The position numbers and the translations under genes are program-made. A DNA stretch of 42,965 bases, from positions 1-42,965 of the forward strand of contig CAZJUM010000001.1 of assembly GCA_964549175.1 (NCBI GenBank), in the 5' to 3' direction. This document shows, piece by piece, positions 28,501 through 37,227 of the stretch. The first letter of the stretch is position 1. Every line of letters starts with the position of its first letter. Origin of the DNA: an uncultured Pseudomonadota bacterium. Lineage in GTDB: Bacteria > SAR324 > XYD2-FULL-50-16. The notes beneath the pieces are model-generated. The model ran no database searches and was not told the DNA's origin. It was given only the letters and a program-made list of their open reading frames with translations.

Positions 28501-28665
28501 GCTGGTCTTAGTCCGTTGTTAGTGGAGAAAAGCATGCACGCCATTGTTTTGAAACCCATTGCGACCAGTTTGGGTTTTGGTTTGCTGGCTTCGACAGTTC
28601 TTGTACTTGTTGCCTTGCCTTGTATTTACACGATTCTGTACGATTTTAAGCGTCAAACGCCTTAA
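25579..28665 (+). CDS. efflux RND transporter permease (AcrB/AcrD/AcrF superfamily)
   Basis: 1028 aa with 12-TM / two large periplasmic loop architecture. N-terminus MIRFIASHPTVANILMIALIVIGL. No outer-membrane factor gene adjacent. Confidence 0.9.
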   Translation: MIRFIASHPTVANILMIALIVIGLFALPNLNRETFPEFELERIQISVANSGSTAEEMEESVGQPIEDALAGIKHIDEIRATFQEGMASIVVDMADGGDLQTFLDDIRTEVDAITTLPSEANDPLIQILNRSTGVVSIAVTGSMSVQDLKEYCELLKRKLQRLPEISLVSVNGFSDRQIQIHLDGKKLSMLSLSVTEIADAISNQSFDLPVGSLETQDQEILLRFTEKSRSISEFANIVILSGATGAEVKLGEIATIEDRFELDENKTIFNGSRAGFVSVSRPKTGDSLEVYKVVEAFVKQEQAIAPQNVSLALTQNFASIIEDRLMLLLTNGWQGLLLVFLSMWLFFSFRLSFWVTMGLPVSFLASFFVMLQIGYTLNMMTTLALIIAIGLLMDDAIVIAENIAAHLQRGKSSVDAVTDGIKEVYGGVISSFLTTAFIFIPLGFIEGGMGRVLGVVSITLIIVLAFSLIEAFLILPNHLAHSLRKNNLSRPGKIRSFIEGMMTILREKILGSIVDRAVRWRYLTIGVAVMVFIISIGMLVSGKLKFKAFPDIEGDMVETRILFPQGTPLERTESAVNRVVTALKKVNDELTPLQNRQNPLVENIIVNYGKNSDSNESGAHQATVHAELLDPELRTSTLNQIQMKWRRAIGAVPDVITINVTPPVRGPAGVAIKVLLKGEDIDQLKLASLELSEWLNQIDGVYNVFDDLRPGKPEIRMYLSRGATVLGVNGKMIANQVRSAFYGTNVTEIPIGRESYEVNVRLQPQDRDEITDFENYSIKGPQGGRIPITNVVNLTSGRGYSRIAHVDGYTTLTLQADVDDQTANTAEIINRLKTEFFPQLNEQFPEIQTTLKGQMQRAQTAGASMGQLGFLGMLGIFGLLSFQFRNYTEPLVIMSAIPFALIGAIWGHILMDIPFTIPSMLGFISLAGVVVNDSILLVMFIKMQEKKGIGVVKSAQQASRVRFRAVFLTSLTTIAGLSPLLVEKSMHAIVLKPIATSLGFGLLASTVLVLVALPCIYTILYDFKRQTP

Positions 28666-29023
28666 ATCAAAATGCCGTTGTGTGCTCCCTGCTCTCCGCG
28701 GCGCATTTCTTTATCCGTAATACCGACAAAAACGCTATCTTTCAAAACACGAGTCTATTATAATATCAACAAAAAAACTACCTAACAACAAACACAAGGT
28801 CATGAATTTCGCAAGCATTTATGATTTCTCTACGGATCAATTTAGGGTGTGATTTCTGTTTGTTACGGTTGATTAACTCGAAAATTAACTATTTGGCAAA
28901 ATTATTGTATTTTTGGCATCCATCAGATCAACGCATTACGAACACCACACTTCAAAATTTCATCCTGAATTCCATTGAATCACTTGATAACCCAGGATCT
29001 TATAATTTTGGAAGGAACCAGAT

Positions 29024-30439
29024 ATGAGTCCAATCAAGTTTTTAGTCAATAATTCCGAAGTTGAGACAAACACTCACCCTTCAACAGTACTCCTGGATTT
29101 CATTAGAAAAGAGATACACCAGCATGGTACCAAAGAAGTGTGTAAAGAAGGCGATTGTGGTGCCTGCACCGTATTGATAGGTGAGAAGATAAAAGGGAAG
29201 TTAAAATATCAATCCATTGCCAGTTGTTTAACACCTATCGGCGACCTACACGGAAAACACATCGTTTCTGTGGAGGGAATAAGTCGAGAAGGTGGATTGA
29301 ATCCCATTCAGGACGAATTTCTGAAAGAAGGCGCCAGCCAATGCGGATTTTGTACTCCGGGATTTATTATGTCACTGACCAACCACTTCATGAACAGTGA
29401 CAGCTTAAGCTATCAGGATGCTATAGATGCCATGGATGGGAATATCTGCCGGTGTACGGGGTATATATCCGTCAAGCGAGTAGCTCAAACGCTTTCTAAA
29501 AAATATGGTAAACAGCTTCGAAAACGAAAGGACAGGATCCAACAACTTGTCGACTGGGGAATTATTCCGAAGTATTTCACTGATATTCATAAAAAATTAG
29601 GCACACTGAGTAGCAGTGAGCTTCGAAAAGATAAAAAAACCACACTGGTGGCGGGCGGAACCGACTTGTTTGTTCAACGGGCCGATGACTTAGTGGAGGA
29701 AAATGTTGTATTTTCCGGTCAGGATAAAAGTTTGTCATTTATTAAAGAAGAAAATGGCAAAATCACGCTGGGGGGCAACACAACGGTTTCTGAGATTCGC
29801 GAAAGCACTATTATGCAAAGGTATTTTCCGAAATTAAAACACCATACCAACCTCATCTCTTCAACGATCATTCGAAATAGGGCCTCGATTGCCGGTAATT
29901 TGGTCAATGCCTCCCCCGTCGGAGACATGACAATTTTTTTTCTCGCACTGAATGCGGAACTGACAATTGTCAACGGGAAATCTAGTCGCAAACTTTTTCT
30001 AAAAGATTTTTATACTGACTATAAAACCTTTGACCTAAAGAACAACGAGCTAATCAAAAAAATCGGTTTCGACGCGCCAGACACTCATTCCACCTTTAGT
30101 TTTGAAAAGGTATCCAAAAGAACCTATCTGGATATAGCCAGTGTCAATTCAGCAATGCTGATTAAAATGAAGGGAAAGAAAACTCAAGACGCGTTTATCT
30201 CAGCTGGTGGGGTCTGGCCCTTCCCCCTGTTTTTGGCCAAAACCAGAGAGTCTCTGAAAGATAAGGAAATATCAGCAAATACTATCAAGGACGCGGCCAA
30301 GGTGCTTGATTCCGAAATTGCCCCGATTGATGATATCAGGGGAACCAAAGAGTATAAAGCATTGCTATTGAGACAGCTGTTTTACGCGCACTTTATCAAT
30401 CTGTTCCCGGAAACGATTAAAATGGAGGACTTGGCATGA
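29024..30439 (+). CDS. xdhA: xanthine dehydrogenase small subunit ([2Fe-2S] plus FAD-binding domains)
   Basis: CKEGDCGACTV and CGFCTPGF...CRCTGY iron-sulfur motifs followed by a FAD-binding (CO dehydrogenase flavoprotein-like) domain. 471 aa, like two-subunit bacterial XDH. Confidence 0.85.
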   Translation: MSPIKFLVNNSEVETNTHPSTVLLDFIRKEIHQHGTKEVCKEGDCGACTVLIGEKIKGKLKYQSIASCLTPIGDLHGKHIVSVEGISREGGLNPIQDEFLKEGASQCGFCTPGFIMSLTNHFMNSDSLSYQDAIDAMDGNICRCTGYISVKRVAQTLSKKYGKQLRKRKDRIQQLVDWGIIPKYFTDIHKKLGTLSSSELRKDKKTTLVAGGTDLFVQRADDLVEENVVFSGQDKSLSFIKEENGKITLGGNTTVSEIRESTIMQRYFPKLKHHTNLISSTIIRNRASIAGNLVNASPVGDMTIFFLALNAELTIVNGKSSRKLFLKDFYTDYKTFDLKNNELIKKIGFDAPDTHSTFSFEKVSKRTYLDIASVNSAMLIKMKGKKTQDAFISAGGVWPFPLFLAKTRESLKDKEISANTIKDAAKVLDSEIAPIDDIRGTKEYKALLLRQLFYAHFINLFPETIKMEDLA

Positions 30440-32739
30440 GCAGACGAATCGATGATATTTATTATCATGTAAAAGGACAGTCCGCTTTTGTCGATGATTT
30501 TCCGGAACCGGATCAATTGGCTTATGCGGTGATTTTCACTTCCCCTGTCGCGCATGGTAAGATCAAAAAACTGAATATCGCCAAAGCACGCAAAGCGGAA
30601 GGAGTGATCGATATCGTCACGTATAGGAATATTCCCGGGGAAAATCAACTGGGATCCATCATCATGGATGATACAATGCTGGCAGAAAAAAATTTGCGGT
30701 TTATTGGTCAACCGATAGCTATTATCCTGGCGGAAACACCATTATTGGGCAGAAAAGCAAGAAAATCAATTAAACTGGAATACGAAGAACTCAAACCCAT
30801 TGTAGATCCCAGAGAAGCCTTTGAAAAAGGCAAAGTTATCGCGCCGCCACGCACATTCGCGTTGGGCGATGTGGAACAAGCCTGGGATAAGTGTGATGTG
30901 ATTGTTGAGGGACGAGCGGATACAGCTGGCCAGGAACATCTTTATTTGGAAACACAAATTTCCATGGTTATCCCCGGTGAGCGAGAAAACCTCAAAATAT
31001 ACTCATCAACACAAAACCCCTCGGCGGTACAAAAAATTGCCGCACGAGTTCTGGGGTTGCCGATGAACAATATTGAGGTTGAGATTTTGCGACTTGGCGG
31101 CGCTTTTGGCGGAAAGGAAGAACAAGCCAATACCTGGGCCTGCCTCGCGGCAATGGGAAGTTATAAAATCAACAGACCGGTTAAGCTCAGTCTTCCCCGG
31201 CATGAGGATATGATGATGACGGGTAAACGACATCCCTACTCATCTGATTATAAATTGGGCCTCAAAAAGGATGGAACCATACTCGCCTACCAGATCGAAC
31301 TTTACCAAAATAGTGGTAACAGCGCCGACCTATCAACTTCAATTCTGGAACGTACACTATACCACTGCACCAATAGCTATTTTATTCCCAATGTAAAGGC
31401 CACCGCGACTCCTTGTTATACAAATCTTCCGTCATTTACCGCTTACAGGGGATTTGGCGGTCCTCAGGGGATGTTTGTTCTGGAAGCAGCCATTAATAAA
31501 GCCGCGAAAAAACTAAATGTCAATCCCTCGAAAATTCAACAAAAAAATCTATTGAAGGAAGGGGATGAGTTTCTTTACGGCATGCAAATTGAGCATTGCC
31601 AGATTCGCAGAAGCTATGAAGCCGTTAAGAAAAAAGCGGATTTGGATAAAAAAATTAAGGAATTTGCCAAGTTTAATAAAAAGAATGTTCAATTTAAAAA
31701 AGGCATTTATGCCATGCCGGTCACATTTGGCATCTCCTTTACGACGATTTTCCTGAATCAAGCCGGTGCGTTGGTACACGTTTACAATGATGGCAGCATT
31801 AATGTTTCAACCGGTGCTACTGAAATGGGACAAGGTGTATTTATGAAAATAGCAACCATTGTGGCCAATGCTTTTTCCGTTTCCGTCGATCGTGTTAGGA
31901 TTGAACCCACCAATACATCCCGTGTCGCAAATACCTCCCCAACTGCGGCAAGTTCGGGTTGTGATATGAATGGTCGTGCCGCGGAACTCGCTTGTTCGCA
32001 GATCAAAGAAAGATTGTTAAAGTCGGCATCAAAACAAGCCGGAGCCGGTATTGCGGATACGATAGAGATCAAGGACGAGTTTGTTTATGTTAATGGCTCT
32101 AAGACCGCATTGGGATGGGAAGAGCTTATTTGGAATACTTATTTTTCCAGAATCAACCTCTCAGCTCAGGCTTTTTACGCGGTTCCGAACCTTTACTTTG
32201 ATAAAACCACAGAAAAAGGGAAACCTTTCGCGTATCACAGCTATGGTACAGCGGTCATTGAAGTAACGGTCGACACTTTGAGAGGAACCTATAAACTGGA
32301 TGCGATTAACATTTGTCATGACGTTGGGAAAAGTCTCAATGAAAAAGTGGATCGGGGACAAGTTGAAGGCGCCTGCATCCAGGGAATCGGCTGGTTGACT
32401 ACGGAAGAGCTTTCATTTGCTGATGATGGTCGATTGCTAAGCAACGCCCTCAGTAACTATAAAATACCGGATTTGAAATTTGCTCCCGAAGTTTTTGATA
32501 CGGAGTTCCTAATCGATACGGATAATCCTCATGCGGTCATGAAATCGAAAGCTGTAGGTGAACCACCCTTTATGTATGGAATCGGAGCTTATTTCGCTAT
32601 TATGAGCGCACTGCAATCTGCCAGACCGGATAAAGACTTTTCTTATGACGCGCCTATCACTCCTGAAAAAGTGCTGATGAGCTTATATGATTCTGTAGGG
32701 CTAAAGAACAAATCCTTGAAATATGAATCAGCGAATTGA
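30436..32739 (+). CDS. xdhB: xanthine dehydrogenase molybdopterin-binding subunit
   Basis: 767 aa. GGAFGGKEEQ, TAYRGFGGPQGMF and SKAVGEPPFMYG motifs of the XDH Moco subunit. ATGA overlap with xdhA. Confidence 0.85.
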   Translation: MSRRIDDIYYHVKGQSAFVDDFPEPDQLAYAVIFTSPVAHGKIKKLNIAKARKAEGVIDIVTYRNIPGENQLGSIIMDDTMLAEKNLRFIGQPIAIILAETPLLGRKARKSIKLEYEELKPIVDPREAFEKGKVIAPPRTFALGDVEQAWDKCDVIVEGRADTAGQEHLYLETQISMVIPGERENLKIYSSTQNPSAVQKIAARVLGLPMNNIEVEILRLGGAFGGKEEQANTWACLAAMGSYKINRPVKLSLPRHEDMMMTGKRHPYSSDYKLGLKKDGTILAYQIELYQNSGNSADLSTSILERTLYHCTNSYFIPNVKATATPCYTNLPSFTAYRGFGGPQGMFVLEAAINKAAKKLNVNPSKIQQKNLLKEGDEFLYGMQIEHCQIRRSYEAVKKKADLDKKIKEFAKFNKKNVQFKKGIYAMPVTFGISFTTIFLNQAGALVHVYNDGSINVSTGATEMGQGVFMKIATIVANAFSVSVDRVRIEPTNTSRVANTSPTAASSGCDMNGRAAELACSQIKERLLKSASKQAGAGIADTIEIKDEFVYVNGSKTALGWEELIWNTYFSRINLSAQAFYAVPNLYFDKTTEKGKPFAYHSYGTAVIEVTVDTLRGTYKLDAINICHDVGKSLNEKVDRGQVEGACIQGIGWLTTEELSFADDGRLLSNALSNYKIPDLKFAPEVFDTEFLIDTDNPHAVMKSKAVGEPPFMYGIGAYFAIMSALQSARPDKDFSYDAPITPEKVLMSLYDSVGLKNKSLKYESAN

Positions 32740-32744
32740 AGAAA

Positions 32745-33050
32745 TCAGGAAAAGAGCTGTTTATTAAGGGGAAATGGCACCAGCGGGCGTTTCTGATTAA
32801 AGACCACCCGCGTTAATGGAAGACACAAAAGCCGCTCATTGTTTATCCGTAAAATGGGGTTAACAAGCAACCCATTCTCATTGCCAAACCAATGAATGAT
32901 CGGTTTTCGCCGAGGAAACAGGTCAAGTTCAGGCAAGCTCAGTCTGATTCTTCTTTTAATACGTTCAGTGGCCGCACTTCAGCTAATGAGAAAAAACTAT
33001 CCGCGATTTCTAATGTTTTCTGATCACAGTAAACATTCAACAATTCACCT
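32745..33050 (-). pseudogene. IS256-family (mutator-type) transposase remnant, C-terminal ~100 aa
   Basis: Reverse-strand translation gives LEIADSFF(S)LAEVRPLN..SAATERIKRRIRLSLPELDLFPRRKPIIHWFGNENGLL. This resembles the ..FFxFPxE....TTNxIERxNxEIKRRTxVVxxFPN..S..RL.. block of IS256 transposases. It needs a frameshift in a T6 run and contains an in-frame stop. Confidence 0.5.
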
Positions 33051-33053
33051 AAA

Positions 33054-34142
33054 ATGAAATCACTCACACCGCTTTATTGTTCATATGTCGATGACATGGA
33101 GGTTTACACAGCTACTGAACCACCAGACCAAATCGCGAAAAGATTGCGTCTCGCGGAAACAGAAATTGTGAAACTGGATGCCAATGAAAATCCTTATGGC
33201 ACTGCTGATTTTGTGTTGGAAGCACTGCGGAGGGGGAAGTATTTTCATATTTATCCGGATCCGGCTCAGTCCCAGCTTAGGGAAAAAATTGCGGCATACG
33301 CGAATGTATCCGCCAAGCATATCATCGCGGGGACAGGGGCGGATGAGTTAATTGATCTGGTTTGCCGTCTGGTGATAGAGCCTGGTGATAAAATTTTGGG
33401 ATTTGTGCCGACCTTTGGTTATTACTCTCATGTGATCCGACTAAATCGAGGGATTTACGAAACACATTTAAGGGAGGCGGATTTCTCGCTCTCTTTGGAA
33501 AAAGTCAAAAAGATAGACCTGACAGATGTTAAACTGGTGCTACTATGCTCTCCAAACAACCCCAGCGGGAACCTTCTGGAGGAAGAGCTGCTGGACTATT
33601 TTTTGAGTCAGCGCGTTTTGGTGTTGGTGGATGAGGCGTATTTCGAGTTTTCAGGGCAGTCTTTTGTCCAAAAGATTCAAAAATATGAAAACCTGGTAAT
33701 ATTAAGAACCTTTTCCAAATGTTTTAGCTTGGCGGGGCTTCGGGTTGGCTACGGAATAATGTCGGAGCAATTGGCCAACGGATTAATGAGAATTAAACCG
33801 CCATATAGCGTGAACACGGCAGCCGAGATAGCTTTAAAAACTTGTCTGGACAATATTTCGTATTATCGCTCGCAAGTTAATCAGATCATCGAAACCAGAG
33901 ACTGGCTGCAAAATGAATTGGCGAAAGAACCTATATTGAGGGTCTATCCGTCTGAATCCAACTTTATATTTTGCCGGGTGATTGAACGAGAAGCCAAGGA
34001 TGTAAAAAAACAATTAGAATCCAAAGGAATCCTGATTCGATACTTTGAAAGCGATTTAATGAAAAATAACCTAAGAATTTCGGTTGGCACCAAAATACAA
34101 TCCGAGTTGTTTCTTAACAAGTTGAGAAAAATACTGCATTAA
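33054..34142 (+). CDS. hisC: histidinol-phosphate aminotransferase
   Basis: KLDANENPYG, CSPNNPSGN and the PLP-lysine motif TFSKCFSLAGLRVGY. 362 aa. Confidence 0.85.
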   Translation: MKSLTPLYCSYVDDMEVYTATEPPDQIAKRLRLAETEIVKLDANENPYGTADFVLEALRRGKYFHIYPDPAQSQLREKIAAYANVSAKHIIAGTGADELIDLVCRLVIEPGDKILGFVPTFGYYSHVIRLNRGIYETHLREADFSLSLEKVKKIDLTDVKLVLLCSPNNPSGNLLEEELLDYFLSQRVLVLVDEAYFEFSGQSFVQKIQKYENLVILRTFSKCFSLAGLRVGYGIMSEQLANGLMRIKPPYSVNTAAEIALKTCLDNISYYRSQVNQIIETRDWLQNELAKEPILRVYPSESNFIFCRVIEREAKDVKKQLESKGILIRYFESDLMKNNLRISVGTKIQSELFLNKLRKILH

Positions 34143-34184
34143 TTTTGATGGGGTATTCACACCTACCGAATTTATGAACACAGA

Positions 34185-34970
34185 CTAATTAATCGGACCA
34201 ATGTGTTGATCGATCCATGAGCTTTGATAGCGGCGAATCAATCGATTATTGTAATTGATCGCCGACTCCGCCGATGCGTTCATACCTCCGGTGTACCAGT
34301 TGATTTCGAAAAAAAACAATAGCCCCGTGATCCCCCATTGTTTCATTTCAGCGTAGTGATAGCACCCCATGATAAACAGGGCATTCAATAGAAATGAGAC
34401 GGTCGCTTTTCCGTATTCTTCACTTAACAATAAGCCGGAACCTGGCAATATCGCGGAATACAATCGCGCACGATCAGGATCGATCAGGTCGGGAATCTGG
34501 GTTTGCAGCGGGAAAGCGGAATCGGGCTTTCCGTAAACTTCTTGTTCCCAAAGTAGTTTGGCTTTTTCTTCTTTACCGAGCTTGAGAAGTGCCAGGGTTG
34601 CCAGTGAGGCGGCTTCTTTTGTTACCCGCTCCGAATATTCCGTCTTGTCGCGCAATGTTATTGTTGAAAACCGGATAACTTGTCGAAAGTCTTCGAGGTG
34701 ATAATAGCTTTTTAATAAATAGGGTCTCAACAAGCGTACCTTTTCATTTTCCGGAATTATGAACTCCAACTTAAGTATTTCGGAAATGGCTCGATAGTAG
34801 TCTTCCTCCAAGTATAGTTCAACGGGGTAATGAATCTGTTCGTCGCTAATAGTGGCATCAGCATAAATTTCTGTTGCCGGTAAAGCAGTTAGGAGTAAAA
34901 CCAATAATAGAGCAATTCGCATCTTACCTGAATCCGAGGATCGAAAATTAATGAAAGGTGGGTGCCGCAA
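34185..34970 (-). CDS. hypothetical exported/membrane protein (helical repeat N-domain, two C-terminal TM segments)
   Basis: Likely start is the Met at 34922 (MRIALLLVLLLTALPATEIYA signal). C-terminal AILPGSGLLL...FLLNALFIMGCYHY...GITGLLFFFEINWY hydrophobic pair. No known motif. Confidence 0.55.
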   Translation of the reverse strand: MRHPPFINFRSSDSGKMRIALLLVLLLTALPATEIYADATISDEQIHYPVELYLEEDYYRAISEILKLEFIIPENEKVRLLRPYLLKSYYHLEDFRQVIRFSTITLRDKTEYSERVTKEAASLATLALLKLGKEEKAKLLWEQEVYGKPDSAFPLQTQIPDLIDPDRARLYSAILPGSGLLLSEEYGKATVSFLLNALFIMGCYHYAEMKQWGITGLLFFFEINWYTGGMNASAESAINYNNRLIRRYQSSWIDQHIGPIN

Positions 34971-34974
34971 GCGT

Positions 34975-35221
34975 TTTGGAATGAAGATAGTGAAAAAGCA
35001 TCGGTGATGTGGTCAAGTAAAAACGGACACAAAGTGAAAAGGAATCCGCTGCCGCCTGGCGTGAATACTTCAAAGATCTTAAGCGTCGGGGGCTTGATTT
35101 ATCAATGATTGAACTTGGAATCACGGATGGGTTGCCGGGATCGGAAAGAGTACGCAAAGAAGAATTCATCAAGGCAACCCAACTGCCTAAGAGTTTGATC
35201 GGGGGAAAAATGAATGATTAA
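34975..35221 (+). pseudogene. IS256-family transposase remnant, internal ~80 aa
   Basis: Plus-strand translation gives ..ASVMWSSKNGHKV.. then (frameshift) SEKESAAAWREYFKDLKRRGLDLSMIELGITDGLPGSERVRKEEFIKATQLPKS. This matches the ..ES...W..FL.DLK.RGL..V.L.VSDG..GL..AI...FP....Q.C block of IS256 transposases. It fills the gap between two real genes. Confidence 0.5.
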
Positions 35222-37224
35222 GTCGTAGCCTCGTCCACGATTTCGATGATGTCTTTTATTTTTATATCGGCGTTGTTTTCGAGTATTCCGTCTGAAAGCA
35301 TGGTCGCACAGAACGGACAAGCGGTTGAAACCGTTTTGGCTCCGGTTTTAATCAGCTCTTCCGCCCGTTCATTATTGATCCGTTTTCCAATTAGTTCTTC
35401 CATAAACATTCGTGATCCCCCGGCACCACAACAGAATCCTTTGGATTTGTTTCTATCCGTTTCAATCAAGCGCCCATTGCTGTTAACAGATTTTAATATT
35501 TCTCTCGGTGCTTGGTAAATGTTGTTCCATCGTCCCAAATAACAGGAATCATGGAAGGCAATATCACCCGGTTGATTGTTATTGGGCTTGAGCTTTCCGC
35601 CTTTGATCAATTGATTGAGGTATTCCGTGTGATGCACTACATCGTACCTGGCACCGAACTGCGGGTACTCATTTTTAATCATATTATAACAATGCGGACA
35701 TCCCGCCAAGATTTTTTGGGGTTTGTATTGACCAAGTACTTCCACATTGGTTTGAATCAACATCTGAGCCAGATACTCATTACCGGCTCTTCTGGCTATA
35801 TCACCGTTACAGCCTTCTTCCGGGCCCAAAATAGCGAAATTGACCCCGGCTTTCTTCAAGACACGCGCCATGGCACGCGAGATTTTCCTCCCTCGATCAT
35901 CGAAAGAGCCGGAACAACCGATAAAATAGAGCAACTCAGCATCCGGATGATCGCTTATCAAAGGAACATCCATATCCTTACACCAATCAGCTCGGTTATC
36001 GGCACCGAAGCCCCAAGGGTTGGATTGGTTTTCCAAATTGGTAAACGTTTCCTGAATTTCCGATGGAAAATCGGTTTCCATCAATGTTCGATGTTTTCTA
36101 ACTTCAAACATTGGATCGAGGTGTTGAATATTAAGCGGACAGATATCCTCACATGAGCGGCATGTGGTACATGACCAGATCACATCATTGGTAATGGGAG
36201 AATTCTCTCTGACAATCGCTTCTACTTCTTCATGTTTTCCGGAAATGATGAGATCGCTTTGACCGATCAAATCGTCCTTCAAGTCATGTATCCATTTTTT
36301 AGGAGATAATGGTTTTCCGGTATTCGCTGCCGGGCAAAGCTCCTCGCATCTCCCACACTCAGTGCAAGCGTATAAGTCGAGTACGTTTTTCCAATTCAAT
36401 TCACTGACTTTACCCAATCCGAATGTTTCGGCATCTTCGTCTTCGATATCGGTTTTAACAATCGATTTTTCAGCTTCCAATGGTTTCAGAAACACATTCG
36501 GAACGGCTGCCAGCAGATGAAGATGTTTTGATCCCGGAATATAGATTAGAAATCCCAAGATGGTAAAAACATGAATATAATAAAAGATTTCATACCAAAC
36601 TGTGATTGCCATAGGAGACATTGCTCTCAATCCTAATGTTCCGGCGATAGCACCAGAGACGGGAAACACACCGACATAACTGAATTCAGCAGATTGATGG
36701 GGTAAAACAATCTGGAAGGCATTGACCAGCAGAAACGTGATGATGATCACACTGGTAAATATAATGATCAAATTCGCGTCTCTGCCTAAAGTCAAATAAG
36801 CGGGACGAATAATCAATCTTCGGTAAAGAGCGAAAGCGAATCCGATTAAAACAAAGCAGGCCAGAATATCCGCGAGGTATAAGTAAGCGCCATATGCCGC
36901 GGGAATCCAATGGCCGATTTCAAGTGAGGGAATAACACCTTTGATCATAAGCTCCAACGAGTGCGGCTGAATGGCAAGAAAACCGAAGAAAATCATCGTA
37001 TGGGCCATCCCCGGAATAAACTTTCTTCTAACATTGGATTGCCCGAGGATCTCCGTAAACAATATCACGACGCGTTCACCAACGCGATCCAAAACAAATT
37101 CCGATTGACCACTGACCGACCGCATCAGTCGATACAGTTTCTTAACTCGTAAAAAGAAGAGTGAAAAGGCACCTCCCAGAGCCACTATCATGATCACAAT
37201 CTTGATTAGCGTGTATAGTTCCAT
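35218..37224 (-). CDS. membrane-anchored Fe-S oxidoreductase (cytochrome-b-like TM domain, two 4Fe-4S motifs, two CCG domains); Etf:quinone oxidoreductase-type partner of EtfAB
   Basis: 668 aa. About 5-6 N-terminal TM helices, CTECGRCEELCP and CTTCRSCEDICP ferredoxin motifs, and cysteine-rich CCG-type repeats (FIGCSGSF..., GFCCGAGGS). Stop is 4 nt from the etfA-side junction (etfA ends at 37228). Confidence 0.8.
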   Translation of the reverse strand: MELYTLIKIVIMIVALGGAFSLFFLRVKKLYRLMRSVSGQSEFVLDRVGERVVILFTEILGQSNVRRKFIPGMAHTMIFFGFLAIQPHSLELMIKGVIPSLEIGHWIPAAYGAYLYLADILACFVLIGFAFALYRRLIIRPAYLTLGRDANLIIIFTSVIIITFLLVNAFQIVLPHQSAEFSYVGVFPVSGAIAGTLGLRAMSPMAITVWYEIFYYIHVFTILGFLIYIPGSKHLHLLAAVPNVFLKPLEAEKSIVKTDIEDEDAETFGLGKVSELNWKNVLDLYACTECGRCEELCPAANTGKPLSPKKWIHDLKDDLIGQSDLIISGKHEEVEAIVRENSPITNDVIWSCTTCRSCEDICPLNIQHLDPMFEVRKHRTLMETDFPSEIQETFTNLENQSNPWGFGADNRADWCKDMDVPLISDHPDAELLYFIGCSGSFDDRGRKISRAMARVLKKAGVNFAILGPEEGCNGDIARRAGNEYLAQMLIQTNVEVLGQYKPQKILAGCPHCYNMIKNEYPQFGARYDVVHHTEYLNQLIKGGKLKPNNNQPGDIAFHDSCYLGRWNNIYQAPREILKSVNSNGRLIETDRNKSKGFCCGAGGSRMFMEELIGKRINNERAEELIKTGAKTVSTACPFCATMLSDGILENNADIKIKDIIEIVDEATT

Positions 37225-37227
37225 TAA

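Noticed and set aside
28880-28910. Sigma-54-like element TGGCAAAATTATTGTA upstream of xdhA
   Set aside because: The -12 GC is replaced by GT, and no enhancer-binding activator gene is nearby. Likely a chance match in AT-rich DNA.
28666-29023. Expected purine or Moco riboswitch, and the 68-aa ORF 28821..29027, upstream of xdhA
   Set aside because: I could not recognise either riboswitch consensus by eye. The ORF overlaps the xdhA start and has no RBS or motif. An Rfam scan would be decisive.
35512-36156. 214-aa plus-strand ORF (likewise 38511..39041, 37412..37771, 2159..2890, 26520..26954 and other long antisense ORFs)
   Set aside because: These are shadow ORFs antisense to well-supported genes (Fe-S oxidoreductase, etfB, etfA, LpoA-like, RND pump). 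Low-complexity or odd composition, and no motifs.
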